DNA of 21,806 nucleotides from Amoeboradix gromovi X-113 (GCA_018985225.1 JADGIF010000088.1:1-21806); one strand, 5' to 3'; shown: positions 1 through 10,285, counted from the first letter of the stretch. The notes: generated by a model from the sequence alone, not told the origin. A program made the numbers and translations.

Positions 1-158
1 AGAGATGTAGGGTCTTCTAGTTTTATTTTAAAAAGAGGAATACAATCAATGAAAGAAAATTGGTATAATAGAAGATCTTTTATTAATGATAGCATTTCCT
101 CTGTATGGAGCACCTCCTTTAAAAACGAGTTAGTCTAGTTTTTATATTTGGTGTCCCA
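1..158 (+). mobile_element. Right-end part of TIR mini-element (copy 1, cut by window edge) with Fanzor/TnpB-like 3' coding remnant
   Basis: Closely similar to the reverse complement of about 19224-19385 and related to about 3920-4063. Ends in AGTTAGTCTAGTTTTTATATTTGGTGTCCCA. Frame 1 reads RDVGSSSFILKRG...NELV*. Confidence 0.8.
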
Positions 159-176
159 AGTGTCGATCTCCTTGAA

Positions 177-620
177 ATGCGAATTAACAATCCATTCAAA
201 CGGCCATCAGTGGCATCCCCATCAGACTCCATTCCTGCGTCTAGATTAGCGCATCTGCTAAAGCCTAAACCAGTAATCGTAGACAATTTTGATCTTGATG
301 ACGATTTAGTATTAGAGAAACCTGAGTTTTCTGAGTTTGATCTTGAAATCATGAAAAGCAAGCGTACTCTAGATATGGTGGTTGAAGAAGTTGAACAAGT
401 CGACAAGGGCTATATTTTGAGTGGATGTTATATCATACTAGTCTATAAACGTCAGTTACTCTTTAATGAGTTGTTTCCAAAGAAGATTAAACATGTTGAT
501 GATGCACCAGGTATTAATGACGTTGTCAAGTTAACTGGATATATAACAAGAAACTTGCGTGACAATAAAATCCTTTATGTCACGAACACACAATACGTAG
601 AAGTGATTGGTAAAAGCTAA
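177..620 (+). CDS. Hypothetical protein, 147 aa; disordered N-terminus and beta-rich (possibly OB-fold-like) C-terminus
   Basis: ATG-initiated ORF with protein-like composition; no diagnostic motif recognised. Confidence 0.55.
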   Translation: MRINNPFKRPSVASPSDSIPASRLAHLLKPKPVIVDNFDLDDDLVLEKPEFSEFDLEIMKSKRTLDMVVEEVEQVDKGYILSGCYIILVYKRQLLFNELFPKKIKHVDDAPGINDVVKLTGYITRNLRDNKILYVTNTQYVEVIGKS

Positions 621-1039
621 AGAGAATGGTAAAACACCTGGGTTTTTTAAAATTGCACCTTAGATACTAAAGACACCTAGAGCAACGGATTGACAGAGAT
701 TATAAGTGATGCATATACTTGAGTTAATTCTTTTTTGCATGGCTCTAATGAATTCTGTTCATACTTGTTTTAAATAGAAGGCTCTGCTCAAATTTTATTA
801 TGCAACGACATAAACAATACAATTTCACTTTCATCTGTACGAATAAAAAATTAAAATCTATCTATTTTCAGTCAAAGCATTTACCTGTTACTCTTAGCTT
901 GCTGAAGTATGCGCGCATGCTGACTTAACTAACTTTTATTAAAGCACTTACAAGCTCTTTGTTGCATATGCAGGAAACAGTTTAATGTTCTCTGTTTGAA
1001 TAGAAAACACAAAGCGAAAACAGTTATTTGTTGAAGTAT

Positions 1040-2875
1040 TTATTTTGCCACCTTGGAATTCCATCCAATGCACTGATCTACAACGTAATCAATTAAGTTC
1101 CCCACCAAACTAAGCCCAATTGTGGTTAACAGAGATCCTCCTGGTATGAATGTGAAATATTGCAAACCTAGTCTTAAAACATCTAGCGTTTGATGAACGA
1201 CAAGCATAAATCTTCTTCTTTTATACTCAACGGGCAAATTATTAGTGCTTCTTTTTGATATGGCTCGAACTTTCTTTATCGTCAGTGGTATTTTGAAAAC
1301 AACGAGTTTTAAAACCTTTTCAACAACATTCGGCATAAAAACGAAGGGGTTAGGTAGAAAACCCAGTGAATTACTAAACAGTCTTGCAATATATATTCTA
1401 ACATCCAGTTCCTTATAAACAGGTCTAAATATATCATGCGGCGAGGATAAAATAGAAGATATAAAGCTGGCTGAATTCCACAGAGGGTTGATCCAGTCTA
1501 CAACAGGCATATTACTAAGCGTTACAAAAGATGTTTGATAACTCAATGAGAATGAAAATGCAGTTTGGTCTGCCCAGTGCAATCGCAAAAGAGTGTCATA
1601 GTCCAAATACTGTAACTCTTCAAATGTTTTACAGCTTAGTATGCTCTGCTGATCTTGAGTAGTAAATTCTATGTTATGCTTGTTAAATATTAAGTTAATT
1701 TTAGCTGCCAGTGGCAATAGGAAGAAGTCGATTAATCTTAACTTATCATTTAATTGACTTGATATCCACGTAGTGATGCCTGGTATAATGAGTGGCAGCG
1801 TGGCTATACCAAATTGAATTCTAGAAAAGATCGAAATCAGCGGTTTTAAAGCATCAGTCACAATTTGAAATAACTTTATAATTATTGATTTGAATCCTTT
1901 CCAAATACCATTTAAAACGCCATTCAACGATTGCAGTACATCTGATAAAATACTTTTTGTATTTATGGATTTCAACTGGTCTAAACTGTCGCTTAAATCG
2001 TTGTATTCGGTGGTGTTTGTATGGTTCATTACTGGAGTCAAGATAGAATTTAGTTTATGGCTGCTGTAATTATAGTTACTAACTAAATCAATAGGGCTCT
2101 GGGAATGGACCATATCTATCGACTCTAAAAACGATCCGAAAAGCAAGTTGTTTGAGTTTTCCGCTTTGATGTTAATTTGAGAGGATTGGATATCTCCAAA
2201 GTCAGATGGCTTAACCTTTGATAAATTAATATTCTTTATGTTGCTTAATCCATGCTCAAATACCAAGTTTAAATAGTGCCACATTAGATTACGATTACTC
2301 TTCATCTTACCAAAGTCAAATGCTTTCTGGATACTTTGCACAACACTGAGTATGGTTTTTGATGCTTTCTTGAACTCATTTTTTAACCATTCCCACAACT
2401 TTTTCAATTTTTCAAGATGTCCATTAGTATAGTAGAGATCAGGAAGGCTGCTCACATCGAAGCTGATGTCCTTCTTTTTCATCTTTACATCCAAAGTTAG
2501 CTGGGAAACGGTTTTCAAGTTTTGTAGCAACTCCTCGTTGTTGCATTCAATTGCGGACAACTCCAAATGGGTAACTTTGTCCAAATCAACAACATAATTA
2601 GCGTTTTTGTACTCGATGTTAATAGGTAAAACATGGATGTCTTCATCTGAAAAGATTGGATATCTGAAATAAACTTCTCCAAATCTGTTAGATGTCAGAG
2701 TATCAACAACTATAACCTCGTTTTTAATCAAAAGTCTGGTAGGAGTAAAACGAACTACTGTCAATGGATCTACTTTCAACTGAGTATAATGTATTGAGAT
2801 TGGTTGATTATTCAACACAAACTGATGTAGTTCCTGATGAATATCAAAAGCAAGAAGAAAAGAAGAGAATAACAT
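1040..2875 (-). CDS. Uncharacterised ~611-aa protein; probable short signal peptide, long helical region and hydrophobic C-terminal segments
   Basis: Stop-free frame of about 1.9 kb. ATG at 2875 (MLFSSFLLA-) is preferred over the non-ATG start at 3007; ATG at 2983 is also possible. Confidence 0.8.
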   Translation of the reverse strand: MLFSSFLLAFDIHQELHQFVLNNQPISIHYTQLKVDPLTVVRFTPTRLLIKNEVIVVDTLTSNRFGEVYFRYPIFSDEDIHVLPINIEYKNANYVVDLDKVTHLELSAIECNNEELLQNLKTVSQLTLDVKMKKKDISFDVSSLPDLYYTNGHLEKLKKLWEWLKNEFKKASKTILSVVQSIQKAFDFGKMKSNRNLMWHYLNLVFEHGLSNIKNINLSKVKPSDFGDIQSSQINIKAENSNNLLFGSFLESIDMVHSQSPIDLVSNYNYSSHKLNSILTPVMNHTNTTEYNDLSDSLDQLKSINTKSILSDVLQSLNGVLNGIWKGFKSIIIKLFQIVTDALKPLISIFSRIQFGIATLPLIIPGITTWISSQLNDKLRLIDFFLLPLAAKINLIFNKHNIEFTTQDQQSILSCKTFEELQYLDYDTLLRLHWADQTAFSFSLSYQTSFVTLSNMPVVDWINPLWNSASFISSILSSPHDIFRPVYKELDVRIYIARLFSNSLGFLPNPFVFMPNVVEKVLKLVVFKIPLTIKKVRAISKRSTNNLPVEYKRRRFMLVVHQTLDVLRLGLQYFTFIPGGSLLTTIGLSLVGNLIDYVVDQCIGWNSKVAK

Positions 2876-3770
2876 CAACGGCGATTTTTTGGAATCAAAA
2901 TACAATATATAAGATAAGTCACGGGTTTTAAAACCATAAAAGTTATTCCTTGGCGAATGGAAACTGTTTCTTGGATGGTTCATTGCCGACGCATGCTTGA
3001 TAAGCAAATTAGATTATGCTTGATAAATGCTGATATTTTAATGGCTTTATTCAACATTTTTCTATTCAAAAAGTGCTGAAAAATATACTATACGAATTTT
3101 CTTGGACTCTTACAATAAAATAAACCCATTAAAAAGACTAGCATACTTAGCAAAGCTGATTAATTGAATTAATAAACAATTTTATCGTTTACATCATCCG
3201 TTAAGGCGACAAATATGTTTTTGGACTGGTATGAAAATACCAGTAACCCAATCTTTGGACCTAACTACCAAGCCAATTTAAAAATCATCTTTTGTTCATA
3301 TTCTTTATCTGTTTTGTACGAGGAACAATATCAGAGTGTTGACAACGGACAAATACATCAATATCTTCATTATCCTCACCAAAAGCATCAACTAAGAATA
3401 CGTATACAATGAAGTTTCCAAGGCAGTTAATAGCTACTTTGTGGAAAGAAGATGAAGCTGTTCCTTATCTAAATTCGATTTTATCTGGGAGATATGCTAC
3501 TAGACTTCACACAGGACAAAAAGGGCAGTATGACGCACATCATTAAACAAAGGCCGTCATACTCTTCCGATAGCAAAGACAAGTTTGGAATAGCAGTCTC
3601 ATATAATTACATGATTTCAGAACAAGAGATATTGTATGACATCGGACGACATAAGAGACAGGTCTTGCTGTCGTGCTACTCCATTTTTAGCTGATAATAG
3701 AAGGCCAATGAGGCTGCGTTTAAAGCTGCATTCAGTTAAGTATGACAATTTATTTAGTGCTGGATACAGT

Positions 3771-4063
3771 TGGGACATCAAATATAAAAACTAGACTAAC
3801 TTTCTGAAATAGTTTCAATCATTATATCAAGTGTGTATCAACCGATAGCAAATTAAATTAAATTAAATTAATCTGACTGATTGTACCTTTTGCTTAGAGA
3901 CTCAGAGACCTCGTATATTTGAAAGGGATAGTGGGTCATCTTGTTTTATTTTAAAGAAGGAATGACATTAATCAAAGAAGGACTTTTATTAATAATAGAA
4001 TTTCCTCCTTATGGAGCACCTGATTTAAAAACGGCTTGGTCTAGTCTTATATTTGGTGTCCCA
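3771..4063 (+). mobile_element. TIR mini-element copy 2 (293 bp, internally deleted) with Fanzor/TnpB-like 3' remnant
   Basis: Left TIR TGGGACATCAAATATAAAAACTAGACTAACT at 3771; right TIR ...GGTCTAGTCTTATATTTGGTGTCCCA ends at 4063. Interior reads CTFCLETQRPRIFERDSGSSCFILKK. Confidence 0.8.
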
Positions 4064-4401
4064 ACACTTGAAAGAAGAAATATAAAAAGTAATGAGTTCA
4101 CTGTTCGGTCAGTCAAGGAACTCTTCTCAGAAGCACCTACGAAGGAAGATGGGCATTGCACCGCTAAGATTAGCCCAGATTAGACAGGGTCAGATATGTG
4201 AAAGACAAACATCAGGCTCTGAGGAGTTCGACATTCTTACAGCAGGTTTCTGAGTATGTATATAATTGCACTTTATTGGGCAACATTGATGCAAAGCAAT
4301 TATTGGAAAGATATAGGCTACTAACATAAAATACAGCTCGATTGTTTTCTTGAATAAATCATTTATCGCGAATTTGTATGCATTTTTATATAATTTCGTG
4401 A

Positions 4402-4884
4402 CTTGATGGATGTAATCCCGAATATGTCAAACCTAAAGAAATAACTAACAGGTGCAGCATACATTCATCAACACTGAGGAACTGGTCCAAGCATGTAAGT
4501 ATTAGATGTTTTTCGACGCCAGGAAAGAGATATCTGCACAATTTATTCAAGGAACGCTTGAAGTTCAAATGTAAACAAAGAGGAAAGACGATGGTTGAAC
4601 GTAATGAAGCATATACTAGTCAGACATGTACAAGGTGCGGTTCCCTAAAGGAGACCAACTTAGAAACTTACACTTGTACCAATTTTCATTTGCAAATAGA
4701 TAGAGACCAGATGGCAGTAAGGAATATATACAAATATATGTATCCTTATTCAATTCCGGCTCAGGGTAGTGAAAGCGTGAGCAATCATTGTTACGGAGAT
4801 CTAGCATTGCTAGCTTCTATGTGGAAATTCTCGATTTTCTCGGAAATTGGGACTTTTAACAAGATGATAGAGAAAGAACCTTAG
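4402..4884 (+). pseudogene. Internally deleted IS607-like element: TnpA MerR-type HTH fused in frame to the TnpB/Fanzor2 C-terminus
   Basis: One frame from 4402 reads YVKPKEITNRCSIHSSTLRNWSKHVSIRCFSTPGKRY (IS607 TnpA HTH pattern), then LHNLFKERLKFKCKQRGKTMVERNEAYTSQTCTRCG...YTCTNFHLQIDRDQMAVRNI (RuvC-II E, Zn ribbon, RuvC-III DRD). Confidence 0.85.
4741..4860 (+). ncRNA. Candidate omegaRNA scaffold of the IS607/Fanzor2 remnant
   Basis: Consecutive hairpins just 3' of the RuvC-III motif at 4776-4795, 4801-4813 (CTAGC-ATT-GCTAG) and 4826-4848. Position fits known omegaRNAs; there is no expression evidence. Confidence 0.35.
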
Positions 4885-5188
4885 AAAAAGTGATTTACTA
4901 TTACAATAGGAGTTAAATGCACAACAGAAAGGTCATTGCCATATTTCGGATGAAGCACGCCAGTGTGCTCACTGTAACCTAGCTTAGGATAGAAATGTAA
5001 ATGCGTAATAGTCTGTTATAAAAGGCGTATTGAGCGATTGTCAAGGAAGAGGTACTAGTGACCGATTTTTCGCCTAGAATACAGGTTATATATTATGAAC
5101 TCTCCACTTGCTTAATTCTAACTCTGGACACATTTTTTTAAACTTTTTCAAGTTTTTGCAGAGCGTGTCGCAAAAGGAGATTATTGAA

Positions 5189-5827
5189 ATGGAGGACTAT
5201 TTCGAGAATGAAATTCTTGATGTTCAGCAGGAACTAGTATTCCAACTAGCAGGTTTTGGACACAAAACTAGGCAAGTGCAAAAGAAAATAGCAGAAGTTA
5301 ACACAGACATTCGAAATACTTATAACAGGATAAAGTCGAAAAGACCAACTGATGAAATTAAGCTGGAAGACGAAAACGATGAGATTGGCAGCTGTATTGC
5401 CAAATATCTCAATATATTGAGCATGCAAGATGACCAAATAACTGCAATTAAAGACTTAAAGTCATTGATTGAAAAGAACGTTGAAAAAACTGGTACTCTA
5501 GAGGATGACAATTATGACTCTGTTTATTGTTATTGCGGTAGAACCTCTTCTAATATGATCTGCTGCGAATCTAACGACTGCTCTATTAAGTGGTATCATT
5601 TTGAATGTGCTGGTGTTAGCGACGAGGAAACACGCCCTGACAAGAAATGGATCTGCCATAGGTGTCTTTACGATGACTTGTGTAATAACTATAAATCTGA
5701 AATTGAAGCTCAGCAATCGAACCTGAAGAATACTAATAACAATTATTTGGATGACTTGGATGATCAAATTATACCTCTTAAACGTAAAATTATAGATAGC
5801 GAAGTCGAGGATACAATATCCAAGTAA
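5189..5827 (+). CDS. ING-family (Yng/Pho23-like) PHD-finger chromatin protein
   Basis: N-terminal helical region plus YCYCGRTSSNMICCESNDCSIKWYHFECAGV...WICHRC. First ATG at 5189. Confidence 0.88.
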   Translation: MEDYFENEILDVQQELVFQLAGFGHKTRQVQKKIAEVNTDIRNTYNRIKSKRPTDEIKLEDENDEIGSCIAKYLNILSMQDDQITAIKDLKSLIEKNVEKTGTLEDDNYDSVYCYCGRTSSNMICCESNDCSIKWYHFECAGVSDEETRPDKKWICHRCLYDDLCNNYKSEIEAQQSNLKNTNNNYLDDLDDQIIPLKRKIIDSEVEDTISK

Positions 5828-5843
5828 TAAATACTCATTTGTT

Positions 5844-7367
5844 TTACTGGCTGTCGATGTTTTCTATTATTTTGGGTAAATTGGAATGGATTTCTTCTTT
5901 TATTGTAGATCCACTTACGATCCGTATCATATCTCTCAGAAATTCTGGATGGTGCAGTACATCTACATGCAGTGCTGAGTAGTTTCCATGTTCATATTCC
6001 TTAGTTATTACTTTGATATTGTCTGGATTGTATTTATTTCTCAGCCATGCAGATTTGCAGGTATATCCCAAGCTTGTCAGGCTAACTGATTGGTCACCAT
6101 CGAGTCCTTCGGAATAACCACCTTGCTTATATCCTAATCTGTTTACATCTGAATCAATGTCCCATTTTGACCCTCCATCTTTTAGAGCGTAACTCATGTC
6201 GCTTGGTGTGCCTATCCCATATGTACAGTATATGGTATAGTTTCCAGCAGGTAGTTTTGACGCTAATGGATTTGCCCAACCAGCCTCTGTAGAGTCTACT
6301 TCTCCCCCTCTTAAATTTAAAGATTTCGCAAATTTTTGCATGCTTGGGTGTAGCTTATCCAAAATTCTACCTTGAACCTCATTAGCAGTTATAGCAGATC
6401 TTGGCTCACCATTTTCAAATATAGTAAACACCTGACCACCGGCTCTTTGAGTAAAGTTGCTTTGTGGGTCATTGTATTTCAATGGGTTATAGGTTCTATT
6501 GCCCCAAATACGATTACCGCCCATTGGGAACACAGAATAATAACTTCTAAAGTGGCTTAAGGTTTGCTGCCTCTTGTCAGTGTCCATAACTAGGTCCATT
6601 ACGGATTTAACAGCGCCAGAAGCCGTCTCTTTGATATAACCAGTTAAAACAGCTGATATGCCTCTAACAGTCCCTAAGAATGGAGTGCCATTAGATATCC
6701 AAGCATGAACATTCTTGTTCATCCAGTTGGCATCCAAGTTGGTAATCCATTGAATGAAATAAAGATTCATATTACCACCCATAGAATGAGATATAATAAC
6801 CGCTTTTTCCTTAGTTTTTTTTACCATTAGCTCAATCTCATTTTTCATTTTACTGAAAGTATTGTCGCGCTCTTCCATCATTGAGAATGACAGTCTCCAG
6901 TCGAATGGGACCATCCCTATCATACTTGGGTCGTATCCTATTGTTGCCAAGTTGGCGATCAGATGGGCCCAAACAGGATAACCGCCGAGAAAGTAGTCTA
7001 TGCTTTCGAATCCACGAGACGCTCTAACTTTATAACCGCTGGGCGAATCTCTGCCGTTTTCAGGATCCAAATCCATGTAGTCTAATACGCAATGACCATC
7101 AAGTAGCCACTTGTAAAAGCCCGACATTTTAGACCATATTGTCATTCTAAAATACTTGCCCAATCTTCCCTCGCAAGAGTCTTTTTTAACACTCCATGAT
7201 TCTAGTTTACTAGTAAGTAATCCAGGTATCAATAGAACAGGATGCTTCGGTTTCTCAGTCATATTAATAGCAGGGTAAAATACAGAAGAATGTGAATAAC
7301 CTAAACCGACAGTAAGCCAGTGATCCAACTGCGAGAGGATGCTAAAAGCGCAAAAAAAGATTAACAT
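5844..7367 (-). CDS. LRO1: Phospholipid:diacylglycerol acyltransferase-like protein (LCAT/PDAT family)
   Basis: HPVLLIPG..SKLESW lid region, PFDWRLS, catalytic SHSMG, DGDQSV and HVDVL. Confidence 0.88.
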   Translation of the reverse strand: MLIFFCAFSILSQLDHWLTVGLGYSHSSVFYPAINMTEKPKHPVLLIPGLLTSKLESWSVKKDSCEGRLGKYFRMTIWSKMSGFYKWLLDGHCVLDYMDLDPENGRDSPSGYKVRASRGFESIDYFLGGYPVWAHLIANLATIGYDPSMIGMVPFDWRLSFSMMEERDNTFSKMKNEIELMVKKTKEKAVIISHSMGGNMNLYFIQWITNLDANWMNKNVHAWISNGTPFLGTVRGISAVLTGYIKETASGAVKSVMDLVMDTDKRQQTLSHFRSYYSVFPMGGNRIWGNRTYNPLKYNDPQSNFTQRAGGQVFTIFENGEPRSAITANEVQGRILDKLHPSMQKFAKSLNLRGGEVDSTEAGWANPLASKLPAGNYTIYCTYGIGTPSDMSYALKDGGSKWDIDSDVNRLGYKQGGYSEGLDGDQSVSLTSLGYTCKSAWLRNKYNPDNIKVITKEYEHGNYSALHVDVLHHPEFLRDMIRIVSGSTIKEEIHSNLPKIIENIDSQ

Positions 7368-8549
7368 GTTTAAAAGTGTGACTTGACCTCCTGTTGTAAA
7401 ATGAGGATACTGGATGTGAACACATCCAGGAGTTATTGATTGGCAAATGAGAAACCTACTCCTTGTAAAAGTCCAGATTTACGATAAACTCAAGAATATC
7501 CACAGAAACTAAAAAAGGCAAAAACTCTGTTGCAGCTGTCGGTCGCAATTCTCTATCCTGAGGCCGTATAAATTAGGTTCATATACTTCAAGTATAAATT
7601 ATTTGCTGTAAAGTGGTCTCTATCTAATTCCAACATCTTTGATATCTCAAGTGCCTGGGAAGCCCTTAGACATTCGCTGATCTTGGTTCAATGGCCTCTT
7701 TTTGTTTGCCGGATGTGAGTCTAGCATATAAAATGAGAACTCTTAAAGAAGTTGAAGAAAGATAAAGCAGTTCTTGAATGTACAGCAAACTCTATAAGAG
7801 TCTTTTGCTGGTGCTGAGATGCATCGGATGGGTTATGAGTAAAATCATGTTCTGCATTATTAGCAATTCCATTTGTTTGACGTATTATAGTAGAAACAAT
7901 TTGGACCCATTTGCAATTGATGAAAAGAAACAAAATAGAGTTTTATGCGGCTGAAGTCTAGAAAGAAAGCACATCGTAGCGATATAGCCTGTGTAACCAC
8001 AATAGATGACTTATTGAATTAAAATTAATAGCTCTTTGGAATTAAGTAGGTATACTGAGTGCTAAAGCGTCATTAAGATTGTCTGGTAAGATTTGTACTG
8101 CATGGATACTTTTTCTTTCGTTGCCTTCTCGCAAAAAAAGCAGATAGCAATGAGTTACTTTATCAAATTTTTAACGCGGTGTGTATTTTTGTCATCATAA
8201 AACCCAACATGTGCGAAAATAAATGTACTTTGAATTCCTCTTTTATGCCTGCAGAGTTTCCAAACGTGTTGTGCGAGATGCACCAGTTGGTCAAGCAAGT
8301 AAGGATTAGTACTTTGGAGCTCTATTCGGCGGTTTTGTTGCGCATAGAAACCGAAAGTCAGGTTTCACGCGAAAAATATTTTTGTGCAATCCAATCGAAA
8401 ATCTGAAGCTTTGCTTTAGATGTTTCGAACACAACTTGGTTATTCATTACAATCGTTCTTTGGGCCACACTGGAAAAAAGCCCAAACTGCATATCAGGAT
8501 GGGACCTTTGAGATTGTCTCATTACATCAGCGCATCCAAGCTCTTTGCT

Positions 8550-8690
8550 TCAAACTTGTTTTTCATGCTTAGTCAAATAAACGTGTACAACATTTTCTAG
8601 GCTAATACCAGTGTTGCTATCCCGATTAAAGACTTTCGTACAGCGTTCAATTTCCAAAAATTTTGATCATCTGTCCTACAGTGCTGAATA
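8550..8690 (-). pseudogene. Possible Fanzor1-like 3' fragment
   Basis: Minus strand reads FWKL/(frameshift)RCTKVFNRDSNTGISLENVVHVYLTKHEKQV*, resembling CxxxWNRDxNAAxNI. Confidence 0.35.
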
Positions 8691-9248
8691 TCTGACTTAA
8701 TTCTTTCAAGTACCTCAGGAGTAAATTATGATATCTCCTTGTAGGATTGAACGGTAATTAAACGATTTTCGTTCTTCCTTCAAATTCATGATGATTATAT
8801 AAACCAATGCCGTGTTCAAGATTTGCAAGCGTAAAGGAGGTAAGAACTATGGCTGCAAGTATGATAGTCTTACTGATCTTACTATCAGACTCAATAAGTT
8901 GAAATAGTTCGACTTCAATCACGCATTTTCAGCAGTTACATGAAGTGCCTCCAAATCCTCGTTTGGCCTGCTTTCGCAGTCTGAGACGATTTACATTAGC
9001 TTCTTAATCTTAATATCCAAGTGAAATTTATCTAAAACCTATAATGGCTGCTTTTGCTATAACACGAGATGAAACTACACAACCTCCGCAAGACTTATCT
9101 CCACAAAATAACACGGTTCAACTCAATTGAACCAGAAGCAGTGAAACATCAATAATTCTAGATGATTCTCCTATTTATCTTAAGTGGTGTAAAATATTCG
9201 TTAATTAATTCAATTATTTAGCATTAATTTTTCAAACCTCGTGTGACT

Positions 9249-9617
9249 ATGAAAAAAGGATTTGGATTTAACAAATTTTTATTCAAGAATTTGACAGAGA
9301 ATGGATCAAAATATAAATTTACTCCAACAGAAGATCATTTAAACTTATTCGAAACTGTACATGGTGGTATAATATCTTCTTTAGTTGATGTTACGACATC
9401 ACTAGAAATTTACAAGATAAAGCAGGATTTGGGTGTCAGTGTTGATCTTAACGTACAGTACATGAAACCATTAACGGGACCGTTTACACTGGAGCCTGTT
9501 ATCGACAAACTTGGAAAGTCGCTTGTTTTTACTACGTGTTTTATATATAACGATCTTAATCAACTAGCTGCGCTGGGTAGACACTTAAAGACTTTGAATA
9601 GACGCGTAAATAAGTAA
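9249..9617 (+). CDS. PaaI/ACOT13-type hotdog-fold acyl-CoA thioesterase
   Basis: HLNLFETVHGGIISSLVD and GVSVDLNVQYMKP motifs. First ATG at 9249; a short upstream exon is not excluded. Confidence 0.9.
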   Translation: MKKGFGFNKFLFKNLTENGSKYKFTPTEDHLNLFETVHGGIISSLVDVTTSLEIYKIKQDLGVSVDLNVQYMKPLTGPFTLEPVIDKLGKSLVFTTCFIYNDLNQLAALGRHLKTLNRRVNK

Positions 9618-9737
9618 ATCACTGATTCTTATAGTTAACGATCTTCTCCATCTGTGCTTTACATGACGTTAAAGCATCGCAACATGTGATTTATTTTATC
9701 ATATAAGAAAGACTAAACGCCCCTTCCGATAGTCTTT

Positions 9738-10034
9738 ATGGATATCTCTCAGCTACTTAATCCCTTAAATATCGATAATCCGGCCAAATGTCCAACCTGC
9801 GATAAAATATTTAGTAACAGACACGCTAGAGAGCGACATGAATCAACTGTTCACGTATCTGCTCTATTATGCCCCTATTGCAACAGAAAGGTAAAATATA
9901 GAGGGAGGCCAGATCTACTCAAACAGCACCTTGTTAGGTGTACTAAATACGTTCCATCGGTAACAGACGCTGCTTTATGGGAAAAAGAAGTTCGAAGTTT
10001 ATATACAACAATTCTGTTGAGGAGCAAGAATTAA
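9738..10034 (+). CDS. Small C2H2 zinc-finger protein
   Basis: CPTCDKIFSNRHARERHESTVH and CPYC...KQHLVRC fingers; N-terminal MDISQLLN motif. Confidence 0.8.
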   Translation: MDISQLLNPLNIDNPAKCPTCDKIFSNRHARERHESTVHVSALLCPYCNRKVKYRGRPDLLKQHLVRCTKYVPSVTDAALWEKEVRSLYTTILLRSKN

Positions 10035-10285
10035 ATATACCACATCATTTAGTAAATATAATCATCTTTTTACACGTTAAATTGTTTCCAATTAATTATG
10101 CGGGTTTTGATTTTGACCTATAATATAGAAATCTTACAGGTGAAATGAAAATTAACTCTGCTTGAAATTACTTCAAAAAGTTCGAAAATATGTGCCTCAG
10201 ATATTCTCGCAGACGCATAGGACCAGAAAACCTGTTGTGTCACCAAATTTTGTATTTAATAAAATGTGGAATACTTTGGTAACTA

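Noticed and set aside
119-406. 95-aa antisense ORF, and similar shadow ORFs over ING, LRO1, MRPL6, G-alpha, globin and Nic96
   Set aside because: They overlap well-supported genes on the other strand or frame and show no motifs.
3215-3694. Short ORFs suggesting a decayed gene
   Set aside because: No recognisable motif in any frame, so it cannot be assigned.
3941-4183. 80-aa ORF
   Set aside because: Non-ATG start; it runs through the mini-element right end into unrelated flank, so it is a chance frame.
7430-8400. ORFs 7721..7933 and 8179..8406
   Set aside because: Non-ATG starts, short and without motifs; probably non-coding or unrecognisably decayed.
9060-9155. HEMKLHNLRKTYLHKITRF, resembling TnpB NxRxDxLHK or the tyrosine-recombinase HxLR motif
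   Set aside because: An isolated short motif with no supporting upstream or downstream motifs, and ambiguous between two families.
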